Assembly: GCA_964016885.1 (NCBI GenBank)
Contig: OZ024759.1
Location: forward strand, 1,488,001 to 1,552,000
DNA: 64,000 nucleotides
From: Eledone cirrhosa
Taxonomy: Eukaryota
Direction of reading: 5' to 3'
Notes under the pieces: generated by a model
Databases searched by the model: none
Told to the model about the DNA's origin: nothing
Seen by the model: the letters and a program-made list of their open reading frames with translations, nothing else
Made by a program: the position numbers and the translations under genes
In this document: positions 29,101 to 44,800 of the stretch, piece after piece
How positions within the stretch are numbered: position 1 is the first letter of the stretch
Layout of the letters: the number at the start of each line of letters is the position of its first letter

Positions 29101-32100
29101 CATGACAGTCTATATTAGTAACATGACAAAGTCTCTATTAGTAACATGACAAAGTCTATATTAGTAACATGACAGTCTATATTAGTAACATGACAAAGTC
29201 TCTATTAGTAACATGACAAAGTCAAAATTAGTAACATGACAGTCTATATTAGTAACATGACAAAGTCTATATTAGTAACATGACAGTCTATATTGTAACA
29301 TGACACAGTCTATATTAGTAGCATGACACAGTCTATATTAGTAAAATGACACAGTCTATATTAGTAACATGACAGTCTATATTAGTAACATGACAAAGTC
29401 TATATTAGTAACATGACAAAGTCTATATTAATAACATGACAAAGTCTATATTAGTAACATGACAAAGTCTATATTAGTAACATGACACAGTCTATATTAG
29501 TAACATGACATAGTCTATATTAGTAACATGACAAAGTCTATATTAGTAGCATGACACAGTCTATATTAGTAACATGACACAGTCTATATTAGTAACATGA
29601 CAGTCTATATTAGTAACATGACAAAGTCTATATTAGTAGCATGACAAAGACTATATTAGTAACATGACACAGTCTATATTAGTAACATGACAATCTATAT
29701 TAGTAACATGACACAGTCTATATTAGTAGCATGACAAAGTCTATATTAGTAACATGACAGTCTATATTAGTAACATGACAAAGTCTATATTAGTAGCATG
29801 ACAAAGTCTATATTAGTAGCATGACACAGTCTATATTAGTAACATGACACAATCTATATTAGTAACATGACACAGTCTATATTAGTAACATGACAAAGTC
29901 TATATTAGTAACATGGCAAAGTCTATATTAGTAACATGACAAAGTCTATATTAGTAACATGACAAGGCCTATATTAGTAACATGACAGTCTATATTAGTA
30001 ACATGACAAAGTCTATATTAGTAACATGACAGTCTATATTAGTTACATGACAAAGTCTATATTAGTAACATGACAAAGTCTATATTAGTAACATGACAGT
30101 CTATATTAGTAACATGACACAGTCTATATTAGTAACATGACAAAGTCTACCTTAGTAACATGACAGTCTATATTAGTAACATGACAAAGTCTATATTAGT
30201 AACATGACAGTCTATATTGTAACATGACACAGTCTATATTAGTAACATGACACAGTCTATATTAGTAACATGACATAGTCTATATTAGTAACATGACAAA
30301 GTCTATATTAGTAACATGACAGTCTATATTGTAACATGACAAAGTCTATATTAGTAACATGACACAGTCTATATTAGTAACATGACAGTCTATATTAGTA
30401 ACATGACAAAGTCTATATTAGTAACATGACAAAGTCTATATTAGTAACATGACAAAGTCTATATTAGTAACATGACAAAGTCTATATTAGTAACATGACA
30501 AAGTCTATATTAGTAACATGACAAAGTCTATATTAGTAACATGACAAAGTCTATATTAGTAGCATGACACAGTCTATATTAGTAACATGACAAAGTCTAT
30601 ATTAGTAACATAACAAAGTCTATATTAGTAGCATGACACAGTCTATATTAGTAACATGACAAAGTCTATATTAGTAACATGACACAGTCTATATTAGTAA
30701 CATGACAAAGTCTATATTAGTAACATGACAAAGTCTATATTAGTAACATGACACTGTCTATATTAGTAACTTGACAAAGTCTATATTAGTAACATGACAC
30801 AGTCTATATTAGTAACATGACACAGTCTATATTAGTAACATGACAAAGTCTATATTAGTAGCATGACAAAGTCTATATTAGTAACATGACAAAGTCTATA
30901 TTAGTAACATGACACAGTCTATGTTAGTAACATGACAAAGTCTATATTAGTAACATGACAAAGTCTATATTAGTAACATGACAAAGTCTATATTAGTAGC
31001 ATGACAAAGTCTATATTAGTAACATGACACCGTCTATATTAGTAACATGACAAAGTCTATATTAGTAGCATGACAAAGTCTATATTAGTAACATGACAAA
31101 GTCTATATTAGTAACATGACACAGTCTATATTAGTAACATGACAGTCTATATTAGTAACATGACAGTCCATATTAGTAGCATGACAAAGTCTATATTAGT
31201 AACATGACAAAGTCTATATTAGTAACATGACAAGGCCTATATTAGTAACATGACAGTCTATATTAGTAACATGACAAAGTCTATATTAGTAACATGACAG
31301 TCTATATTAGTAACATGACAAAGTCTATATTAGTAACATGACAAAGTCTATATTAGTAACATGACAGTCTATATTAGTAACATGACACAGTCTATATTAG
31401 TAACATGACAAAGTCTACCTTAGTAACATGACAGTCTATATTAGTAACATGACAAAGTCTATATTAGTAACATGACAGTCTATATTGTAACATGACACAG
31501 TCTATATTAGTAACATGACACAGTCTATATTAGTAACATGACATAGTCTATATTAGTAACATGACAAAGTCTATATTAGTAACATGACAGTCTATATTGT
31601 AACATGACAAAGTCTATATTAGTAACATGACACAGTCTATATTAGTAACATGACAGTCTATATTAGTAACATGACAAAGTCTATATTAGTAACATGACAA
31701 AGTCTATATTAGTAACATGACAAAGTCTATATTAGTAACATGACAAAGTCTATATTAGTAGCATGACACAGTCTATATTAGTAACATGACAAAGTCTATA
31801 TTAGTAACATGACACAGTCTATATTAGTAACATGACAAAGTCTATATTAGTAACATGACACAGTCTATATTAGTAACATGACATAGTCTATATTAGTAAC
31901 ATGACAAAGTCTATATTAGTAGCATGACACAGTCTATATTAGTAACATGACACAGTCTATATTAGTAACATGACAAAGTCTATATTAGTAACATGGCAAA
32001 GTCTATATTAGTAACATGACAAAGTCTATATTAGTAACATGACAAGGCCTATATTAGTAACATGACAGTCTATATTAGTAACATGACAGTCTATATTAGT

Positions 32101-32869
32101 AACATGACAAAGTCTATATTAGTAACATGACAGTCTATATTAGTGACATGACAAAGTCTATATTAGTAACATGACAAAGTCTATATTAGTAACATGACAG
32201 TCTATATTAGTAACATGACACAGTCTATATTAGTAACATGACAAAGTCTACCTTAGTAACATGACAGTCTATATTAGTAACATGACAAAGTCTATATTAG
32301 TAACATGACAGTCTATATTGTAACATGACACAGTCTATATTAGTAACATGACACAGTCTATATTAGTAACATGACATAGTCTATATTAGTAACATGACAA
32401 AGTCTATATTAGTAACATGACAAAGTCTATATTAGTAACATGACAAGGCCTATATTAGTAACATGACAGTCTATATTAGTAACATGACAAAGTCTATATT
32501 AGTAACATGACAGTCTATATTAGTAACATGACAAAGTCTATATTAGTAACATGACAAAGTCTATATTAGTAACATGACAGTCTATATTAGTAACATGACA
32601 CAGTCTATATTAGTAACATGACAAAGTCTACCTTAGTAACATGACAGTCTATATTAGTAACATGACAAAGTCTATATTAGTAACATGACAGTCTATATTG
32701 TAACATGACACAGTCTATATTAGTAACATGACACAGTCTATATTAGTAACATGACATAGTCTATATTAGTAACATGACAAAGTCTATATTAGTAACATGA
32801 CAGTCTATATTGTAACATGACAAAGTCTATATTAGTAACATGACACAGTCTATATTAGTAACATGACAG

Positions 32870-35800
32870 TCTATATTATTAACATGACAAAGTCTATATT
32901 AGTAACATGACAAAGTCTATATTAGTAACATGACAAAGTCTATATTAGTAACATGACAAAGTCTATATTAGTAGCATGACACAGTCTATATTAGTAACAT
33001 GACAAAGTCTATATTAGTAACATGACACAGTCTATATTAGTAACATGACAAAGTCTATATTAGTAACATGACACAGTCTATATTAGTAACATGACATAGT
33101 CTATATTAGTAACATGACAAAGTCTATATTAGTAGCATGACACAGTCTATATTAGTAACATGACACAGTCTATATTAGTAACATGACAGTCTATATTAGT
33201 AACATGACAAAGTCTATATTAGTAGCATGACAAAGTCTATATTAGTAACATGACACAGTCTATATTAGTAACATGACAATCTATATTAGTAACATGACAC
33301 AGTCTATATTAGTAGCATGACAAAGTCTATATTAGTAACATGACAGTCTATATTAGTAACATGACAAAGTCTATATTAGTAGCATGACAAAGTCTATATT
33401 AGTAGCATGACACAGTCTATATTAGTAACATGACACAGTCTATATTAGTAACATGACACAGTCTATATTAGTAACATGACAAAGTCTATATTAGTAGCAT
33501 GACAAAGTCTATATTATTAACATGACAAAGTCTATATTAGTAACATGACACAGTCTATATTAATAACATGACAAAGTCTATATTAGTAACATGACAAAGT
33601 CTATATTAGTAACATGACACAGTCTATATTAGTAATATCACAAAGTCTATATTAGTAACATGACACTGTCTATATTAGTAACTTGACAAAGTCTATATTA
33701 GTAACATGCCACAGTCTATATTAGTAACATGACACAGTCTATATTAGTAACATGACACAGTTTATATTAGTAACATGACAAAGTCTATATTTGTAACATG
33801 ACACAGTCTATATTAGTAACATGACAAAGACTCTATTAGTAACATGACAAAGTCTATATTAGTAACATGACAGTCTATATTAGTAACATGACAAAATCTA
33901 TATTAGTAACATGACAGTCTATATTAGTAACATGACAAAGTCTATATTAGTAACATGACAGTCTATATTGTACCATGACACAGTCTATATTAGTAACATG
34001 ACATAGTCTATATTAGTAACATGACAAAGTCTATATTAGTAACATGACAGTCTATATTGTAACATGACACAGTCTATATTAGTAACATGACACAGTCTAT
34101 ATTAGTAACATGACAGGCTATATTAGTAACATGACACAGTCTATATTAGTAACATGACAAAGTCTATATTAGTAACATGACAAAGTCTATATTAGTAACA
34201 TGACAAAGTCTATATTAGTAGTATGACAAAGTCTATATTAGTAACATGACAGTCTATATTAGTAACATGATAAATCTATATTAGTAGCATGACAAAGTCT
34301 ATATTAGTAGCATGACACAGTCTATATTAGTAACATGACACAGTCTATATTAGTAAAATGACACAGTCTATATTAGTAACATGACAAAGTCTATATTAGT
34401 AGCATGACAAAGTCTATATTAGTAACATGACACGGTCTATATTAGTAACATGACAAAGTCTATATTAGTAACATGACAAAGTCTATATTAGTAACATGAC
34501 ACGGTCTATATTAGTAACATGACAAAGTCTATATTAGTAACATGACAAAGTCTATATTAGTAACATGACAGTCTATATTAGTAACATGACAAAGTCTATA
34601 TTAGTAACATGACAAAGTCTCTATTAGTAACATGACAAAGTCTATATTAGTAACATGACAGTCTATATTAATAACATGACAAAGTCTCTATTAGTAACAT
34701 GACAAAGTCTATATTAGTAACATGACAGTCTATATTGTAACATGACACAGTCTATATTAGTAACATGACACAGTTTATATTAGTAACATGACATAGTCTA
34801 TATTAGTAACATGACAAAGTCTATATTAGTAACATGACAGTCTATATTGTAACATGACACAGTCTATATTAGTAACATGACACAGTCTATATTAGTAACA
34901 TGACAGTCTATATTAGTAACATGACAAAGTCTATATTAGTAACATGACAAAGTCTATATTAGTAACATGACAAAGTCTATATTAGTAACATGACAAAGTC
35001 TATATTAGTAGCATGACACAGTCTATATTAGTAACATGACAAAGTCTATATTAGTAACATGACACAGTCTATATTAGTAACATGACAAAGTCTATATTAG
35101 TAACATGACAAAGTCTATATTAGTAACATGACACAGTCTATATTAGTAACATGACACAGTCTATATTAGTAACATGACACTGTCTATATTAGTAACTTGA
35201 CAAAGTCTATATTAGTAACATGACACAGTCTATATTAGTAACATGACACAGTCTATATTAGTAACATGACAAAGTCTATATTAGTAGCATGACAAAGTCT
35301 ATATTAGTAACATGACAAAGTCTATATTAGTAACATGACACAGTCTATGTTAGTAACATGACAAAGTCTATATTAGTAACATGACAAAGTCTATATTAGT
35401 AACATGACACAGTCTATATTAGTAACATGACAAAGTCTATATTAGTAGCATGACAAAGTCTATATTAGTAACATGACACAGTCTATATTAGTAACATGAC
35501 AAAGTCTATATTGGTAGCATGACAAAGTCTATATTAGTAACATGACAAAGTCTATATTAGTAACATGACAGTCTATATTGTAACATGACACAGTCTATAT
35601 TAGTAACATGACACAGTCTATATTAGTAACATGACAGTCTATATTAGTAACATGACAAAGTCTATATTAGTAACATGACAAAGTCTATATTAGTAACATG
35701 ACAAAGTCTATATTAGTAACATGACAAAGTCTATATTAGTAGTATGACAAAGTCTATATTAGTAACATGACAGTCTATATTAGTAACATGACAAAGTCTA

Positions 35801-38800
35801 TATTAGTAACATGACAGTCTATATTGTAACATGACACAGTCTATATTAGTAACATGACACAGTCTATATTAGTAACATGACAGTCTATATTAGTAACATG
35901 ACACAGTCTATATTAGTAACATGACAAAGTCTATATTAGTAACATGACAAAGTCTATATTAGTAACATGACAAAGTCTATATTAGTAGTATGACAAAGTC
36001 TATATTAGTAACATGACAGTCTATATTAGTAACATGATAAATCTATATTAGTAGCATGACAAAGTCTATATTAGTAGCATGACACAGTCTATATTAGTAA
36101 CATGACACAGTCTATATTAGTAAAATGACACAGTCTATATTAGTAACATGACAAAGTCTATATTAGTAGCATGACAAAGTCTATATTAGTAACATGACAA
36201 AGTCTATATTAGTAACATGACACAGTCTATATTAGTAACATGACAAAGTCTATATTAGTAACATGACAAAGTCTATATTAGTAACATGACAGTCTATATT
36301 AGTAACATGACAAAGTCTATATTAGTAACATGACAAAGTCTCTATTAGTAACATGACAAAGTCTATATTAGTAACATGACAGTCTATATTAGTAACATGA
36401 CAAAGTCTCTATTAGTAACATGACAAAGTCTATATTAGTAACATGACAGTCTATATTAGTAACATGACAAAGTCTATATTAGTAACATGACAGTCTATAT
36501 TGTAACATGACACAGTCTATATTAGTAACATGACACAGTTTATATTAGTAACATGACATAGTCTATATTAGTAACATGACAAAGTCTATATTAGTAACAT
36601 GACAGTCTATATTGTAACATGACACAGTCTATATTAGTAACATGACACAGTTTATATTAGTAACATGACATAGTCTATATTAGTAACATGACAAAGTCTA
36701 TATTAGTAACATGACAGTCTATATTAGTAACATGACAAAGTCTATATTAGTAACATGACAAAGTCTATATTAGTAACATGACAAAGTCTATATTAGTAAC
36801 ATGACAAAGTCTATATTAGTAGTATGACAAAGTCTATATTAGTAACATGACAGTCTATATTAGTAACATGACAAAGTCTATATTAGTAACATGACAGTCT
36901 ATATTGTAACATGACACAGTCTATATTAGTAACATGACACAGTCTATATTAGTAACATGACAGTCTATATTAGTAACATGACACAGTCTATATTAGTAAC
37001 ATGACAAAGTCTATATTAGTAACATGACAAAGTCTATATTAGTAACATGACAAAGTCTATATTAGTAGTATGACAAAGTCTATATTAGTAACATGACAGT
37101 CTATATTAGTAACATGATAAATCTATATTAGTAGCATGACAAAGTCTATATTAGTAGCATGACACAGTCTATATTAGTAACATGACACAGTCTATATTAG
37201 TAAAATGACACAGTCTATATTAGTAACATGACAAAGTCTATATTAGTAGCATGACAAAGTCTATATTAGTAACATGACAAAGTCTATATTAGTAACATGA
37301 CACAGTCTATATTAGTAACATGACAAAGTCTATATTAGTAACATGACAAAGTCTATATTAGTAACATGACAGTCTATATTAGTAACATGACAAAGTCTAT
37401 ATTAGTAACATGACAAAGTCTCTATTAGTAACATGACAAAGTCTATATTAGTAACATGACAGTCTATATTAGTAACATGACAAAGTCTCTATTAGTAACA
37501 TGACAAAGTCTATATTAGTAACATGACAGTCTATATTAGTAACATGACAAAGTCTATATTAGTAACATGACAGTCTATATTGTAACATGACACAGTCTAT
37601 ATTAGTAACATGACACAGTTTATATTAGTAACATGACATAGTCTATATTAGTAACATGACAAAGTCTATATTAGTAACATGACAGTCTATATTGTAACAT
37701 GACACAGTCTATATTAGTAACATGACACAGTCTATATTAGTAACATGACAGTCTATATTAGTAACATGACAAAGTCTATATTAGTAACATGACAAAGTCT
37801 ATATTAGTAACATGACAAAGTCTATATTAGTAACATGACAAAGTCTATATTAGTAGCATGACACAGTCTATATTAGTAACATGACAAAGTCTATATTAGT
37901 AACATGACACAGTCTATATTAGTAACATGACAAAGTCTGTATTAGTAACATGACAAAGTCTATATTAGTAGCATGACACAGTCTATATTAGTAACATGAC
38001 AAAGTCTATATTAGTAACATGACACAGTCTATATTAGTAACATGACAAAGTCTATATTAGTAACATGACACAGTCTATATTAGTAACATGACAAAGTCTA
38101 TATTAGTAACATGACACAGTCTATATTAGTAACATGACACAGTCTATATTAGTAACATGACAGTCTATATTAGTAACATGACAAAGTCTATATTAGTAAC
38201 ATGACAAAGTCTATATTAGTAACATGACAAAGTCTATATTAGTAACATGACAAAGTCTATATTAGTAGCATGACACAGTCTATATTAGTAACATGACAAA
38301 GTCTATATTAGTAACATGACACAGTCTATATTAGTAACATGACAAAGTCTATATTAGTAACATGACAAAGTCTATATTAGTAACATGACACAGTCTATAT
38401 TAGTAACATGACACAGTCTATATTAGTAACATGACACTGTCTATATTAGTAACTTGACAAAGTCTATATTAGTAACATGACACAGTCTATATTAGTAACA
38501 TGACACAGTCTATATTAGTAACATGACAAAGTCTATATTAGTAGCATGACAAAGTCTATATTAGTAACATGACAAAGTCTATATTAGTAACATGACACAG
38601 TCTATGTTAGTAACATGACAAAGTCTATATTAGTAACATGACAAAGTCTATATTAGTAACATGACACAGTCTATATTAGTAACATGACAAAGTCTATATT
38701 AGTAGCATGACAAAGTCTATATTAGTAACATGACACAGTCTATATTAGTAACATGACAAAGTCTATATTGGTAGCATGACAAAGTCTATATTAGTAACAT

Positions 38801-41800
38801 GACAAAGTCTATATTAGTAACATGACAGTCTATATTGTAACATGACACAGTCTATATTAGTAACATGACACAGTCTATATTAGTAACATGACAGTCTATA
38901 TTAGTAACATGACAAAGTCTATATTAGTAACATGACAAAGTCTATATTAGTAACATGACAAAGTCTATATTAGTAACATGACAAAGTCTATATTAGTAGT
39001 ATGACAAAGTCTATATTAGTAACATGACAGTCTATATTAGTAACATGACAAAGTCTATATTAGTAACATGACAGTCTATATTGTAACATGACACAGTCTA
39101 TATTAGTAACATGACACAGTCTATATTAGTAACATGACAGTCTATATTAGTAACATGACACAGTCTATATTAGTAACATGACAAAGTCTATATTAGTAAC
39201 ATGACAAAGTCTATATTAGTAACATGACAAAGTCTATATTAGTAGTATGACAAAGTCTATATTAGTAACATGACAGTCTATATTAGTAACATGATAAATC
39301 TATATTAGTAGCATGACAAAGTCTATATTAGTAGCATGACACAGTCTATATTAGTAACATGACACAGTCTATATTAGTAAAATGACACAGTCTATATTAG
39401 TAACATGACAAAGTCTATATTAGTAGCATGACAAAGTCTATATTAGTAACATGACAAAGTCTATATTAGTAACATGACACAGTCTATATTAGTAACATGA
39501 CAAAGTCTATATTAGTAACATGACAAAGTCTATATTAGTAACATGACAGTCTATATTAGTAACATGACAAAGTCTATATTAGTAACATGACAAAGTCTCT
39601 ATTAGTAACATGACAAAGTCTATATTAGTAACATGACAGTCTATATTAGTAACATGACAAAGTCTCTATTAGTAACATGACAAAGTCTATATTAGTAACA
39701 TGACAGTCTATATTAGTAACATGACAAAGTCTATATTAGTAACATGACAGTCTATATTGTAACATGACACAGTCTATATTAGTAACATGACACAGTTTAT
39801 ATTAGTAACATGACATAGTCTATATTAGTAACATGACAAAGTCTATATTAGTAACATGACAGTCTATATTGTAACATGACACAGTCTATATTAGTAACAT
39901 GACACAGTTTATATTAGTAACATGACATAGTCTATATTAGTAACATGACAAAGTCTATATTAGTAACATGACAGTCTATATTGTAACATGACACAGTCTA
40001 TATTAGTAACATGACACAGTCTATATTAGTAACATGACAGTCTATATTAGTAACATGACAAAGTCTATATTAGTAACATGACAAAGTCTATATTAGTAAC
40101 ATGACAAAGTCTATATTAGTAACATGACAAAGTCTATATTAGTAGCATGACACAGTCTATATTAGTAACATGACAAAGTCTATATTAGTAACATGACACA
40201 GTCTATATTAGTAACATGACAAAGTCTGTATTAGTAACATGACAAAGTCTATATTAGTAGCATGACACAGTCTATATTAGTAACATGACAAAGTCTATAT
40301 TAGTAACATGACACAGTCTATATTAGTAACATGACAAAGTCTATATTAGTAACATGACACAGTCTATATTAGTAACATGACAAAGTCTATATTAGTAACA
40401 TGACACAGTCTATATTAGTAACATGACATAGTCTATATTAGTAACATGACAAAGTCTATATTAGTAGCATGACACAGTCTATATTAGTAACATGACACAG
40501 TCTATATTAGTAACATGACAAAGTCTATATTAGTAACATGACACAGTCTATATTAGTAACATGACAAAGTCTATATTAGTAACATGACAAAGTCTATATT
40601 AGTAGCATGACACAGTCTATATTAGTAACATGACAAAGTCTATATTAGTAACATGACACAGTCTATATTAGTAACATGACAAAGTCTATATTAGTAACAT
40701 GACACAGTCTATATTAGTAACATGACAAAGTCTATATTAGTAACATGACACAGTCTATATTAGTAACATGACATAGTCTATATTAGTAACATGACAAAGT
40801 CTATATTAGTAACATGACACAGTCTATATTAGTAACATGACAAAGTCTATATTAGTAACATGACACAGTCTATATTAGTAACATGACAAAGTCTATATTA
40901 GTAACATGACACAGTCTATATTAGTAACATGACAGTCTATATTATTAACATGACAAAGTCTATATTAGTAACATGACAAAGTCTATATTAGTAACATGAC
41001 AAAGTCTATATTAGTAACATGACAAAGTCTATATTAGTAGCATGACACAGTCTATATTAGTAACATGACAAAGTCTATATTAGTAACATGACACAGTCTA
41101 TATTAGTAACATGACAAAGTCTATATTAGTAACATGACACAGTCTATATTAGTAACATGACATAGTCTATATTAGTAACATGACAAAGTCTATATTAGTA
41201 GCATGACACAGTCTATATTAGTAACATGACACAGTCTATATTAGTAACATGACAGTCTATATTAGTAACATGACAAAGTCTATATTAGTAGCATGACAAT
41301 GTCTATATTAGTAACATGACACAGTCTATATTAGTAACATGACAATCTATATTAGTAACATGACACAGTCTATATTAGTAGCATGACAAAGTCTATATTA
41401 GTAACATGACAGTCTATATTAGTAACATGACAAAGTCTATATTAGTAGCATGACAAAGTCTATATTAGTAGCATGACACAGTCTATATTAGTAACATGAC
41501 ACAGTCTATATTAGTAACATAACACAGTCTATATTAGTAACATGACAAAGTCTATATTAGTAGCATGACAAAGTCTATATTATTAACATGACAAAGTCTA
41601 TATTAGTAACATGACACAGTCTATATTAATAACATGTCAAAGTCTATATTAGTAACATGACAAAGTCTATATTAGTAACATGACACAGTCTATATTAGTA
41701 ATATCACAAAGTCTATATTAGTAACATGACACTGTCTATATTAGTAACTTGACAAAGTCTATATTAGTAACATGCCACAGTCTATATTAGTAACATGACA

Positions 41801-44800
41801 CAGTCTATATTAGTAACATGACACAGTTTATATTAGTAACATGACAAAGTCTATATTAGTAACATGACACAGTCTATATTAGTAACATGACAAAGACTCT
41901 ATTAGTAACATGACAAAGTCTATATTAGTAACATGACAGTCTATATTAGTAACATGACAAAATCTATATTAGTAACATGACAGTCTATATTAGTAACATG
42001 ACAAAGTCTATATTAGTAACATGACAGTCTATATTGTACCATGACACAGTCTATATTAGTAACATGACATAGTCTATATTAGTAACATGACAAAGTCTAT
42101 ATTAGTAACATGACAGTCTATATTGTAACATGACACAGTCTATATTAGTAACATGACACAGTCTATATTAGTAACATGACAGTCTATATTAGTAACATGA
42201 CACAGTCTATATTAGTAACATGACAAAGTCTATATTAGTAACATGACAAAGTCTATATTAGTAACATGACAAAGTCTATATTAGTAGTATGACAAAGTCT
42301 ATATTAGTAACATGACAGTCTATATTAGTAACATGATAAATCTATATTAGTAGCATGACAAAGTCTATATTAGTAGCATGACACAGTCTATATTAGTAAC
42401 ATGACACAGTCTATATTAGTAAAATGACACAGTCTATATTAGTAACATGACAAAGTCTATATTAGTAGCATGACAAAGTCTATATTAGTAACATGACAAA
42501 GTCTATATTAGTAACATGACACAGTCTATATTAGTAACATGACAAAGTCTATATTAGTAACATGACAAAGTCTATATTAGTAACATGACAGTCTATATTA
42601 GTAACATGACAAAGTCTATATTAGTAACATGACAAAGTCTCTATTAGTAACATGACAAAGTCTATATTAGTAACATGACAGTCTATATTAGTAACATGAC
42701 AAAGTCTCTATTAGTAACATGACAAAGTCTATATTAGTAACATGACAGTCTATATTAGTAACATGACAAAGTCTATATTAGTAACATGACAGTCTATATT
42801 GTAACATGACACAGTCTATATTAGTAACATGACACAGTTTATATTAGTAACATGACATAGTCTATATTAGTAACATGACAAAGTCTATATTAGTAACATG
42901 ACAGTCTATATTGTAACATGACACAGTCTATATTAGTAACATGACACAGTCTATATTAGTAACATGACAGTCTATATTAGTAACATGACAAAGTCTATAT
43001 TAGTAACATGACAAAGTCTATATTAGTAACTTGACAAAGTCTATATTAGTAACATGACAAAGTCTATATTAGTAGCATGACACAGTCTATATTAGTAACA
43101 TGACAAAGTCTATATTAGTAACATGACACAGTCTATATTAGTAACATGACAAAGTCTATATTAGTAACATGACAAAGTCTATATTAGTAACATGACACAG
43201 TCTATATTAGTAACATGACACAGTCTATATTAGTAACATGACACTGTCTATATTAGTAACTTGACAAAGTCTATATTAGTAACATGACACAGTCTATATT
43301 AGTAACATGACACAGTCTATATTAGTAACATGACAAAGTCTATATTAGTAGCATGACAAAGTCTATATTAGTAACATGACAAAGTCTATATTAGTAACAT
43401 GACACAGTCTATGTTAGTAACATGACAAAGTCTATATTAGTAACATGACAAAGTCTATATTAGTAACATGACACAGTCTATATTAGTAACATGACAAAGT
43501 CTATATTAGTAGCATGACAAAGTCTATATTAGTAACATGACACAGTCTATATTAGTAACATGACAAAGTCTATATTAGTAGCATGACAAAGTCTATATTA
43601 GTAACATGACAAAGTCTATATTAGTAACATGACAGTCTATATTGTAACATGACACAGTCTATATTAGTAACATGACACAGTCTATATTAGTAACATGACA
43701 GTCTATATTAGTAACATGACAAAGTCTATATTAGTAACATGACAAAGTCTATATTAGTAACATGACAAAGTCTATATTAGTAACATGACAAAGTCTATAT
43801 TAGTAGCATGACACAGTCTATATTAGTAACATGACAAAGTCTATATTAGTAACATGACACAGTCTATATTAGTAACATGACAAAGTCTATATTAGTAACA
43901 TGACAAAGTCTATATTAGTAGCATGACACAGTCTATATTAGTAACATGACAAAGTCTATATTAGTAACATGACACAGTCTATATTAGTAACATGACAAAG
44001 TCTATATTAGTAACATGACACAGTCTATATTAGTAACATGACAAAGTCTATATTAGTAACATGACACAGTCTATATTAGTAACATGACATAGTCTATATT
44101 AGTAACATGACAAAGTCTATATTAGTAGCATGACACAGTCTATATTAGTAACATGACACAGTCTATATTAGTAACATGACAAAGTCTATATTAGTAACAT
44201 GACAAAGTCTATATTAGTAACATGACACAGTCTATATTAGTAACATGACAAAGTCTATATTAGTAACATGACAAAGTCTATATTAGTAGCATGACACAGT
44301 CTATATTAGTAACATGACAAAGTCTATATTAGTAACATGACACAGTCTATATTAGTAACATGACAAAGTCTATATTAGTAACATGACACAGTCTATATTA
44401 GTAACATGACAAAGTCTATATTAGTAACATGACACAGTCTATATTAGTAACATGACATAGTCTATATTAGTAACATGACAAAGTCTATATTAGTAACATG
44501 ACACAGTCTATATTAGTAACATGACAAAGTCTATATTAGTAACATGACACAGTCTATATTAGTAACATGACAAAGTCTATATTAGTAACATGACACAGTC
44601 TATATTAGTAACATGACAGTCTATATTATTAACATGACAAAGTCTATATTAGTAACATGACAAAGTCTATATTAGTAACATGACAAAGTCTATATTAGTA
44701 ACATGACAAAGTCTATATTAGTAGCATGACACAGTCTATATTAGTAACATGACAAAGTCTATATTAGTAACATGACACAGTCTATATTAGTAACATGACA

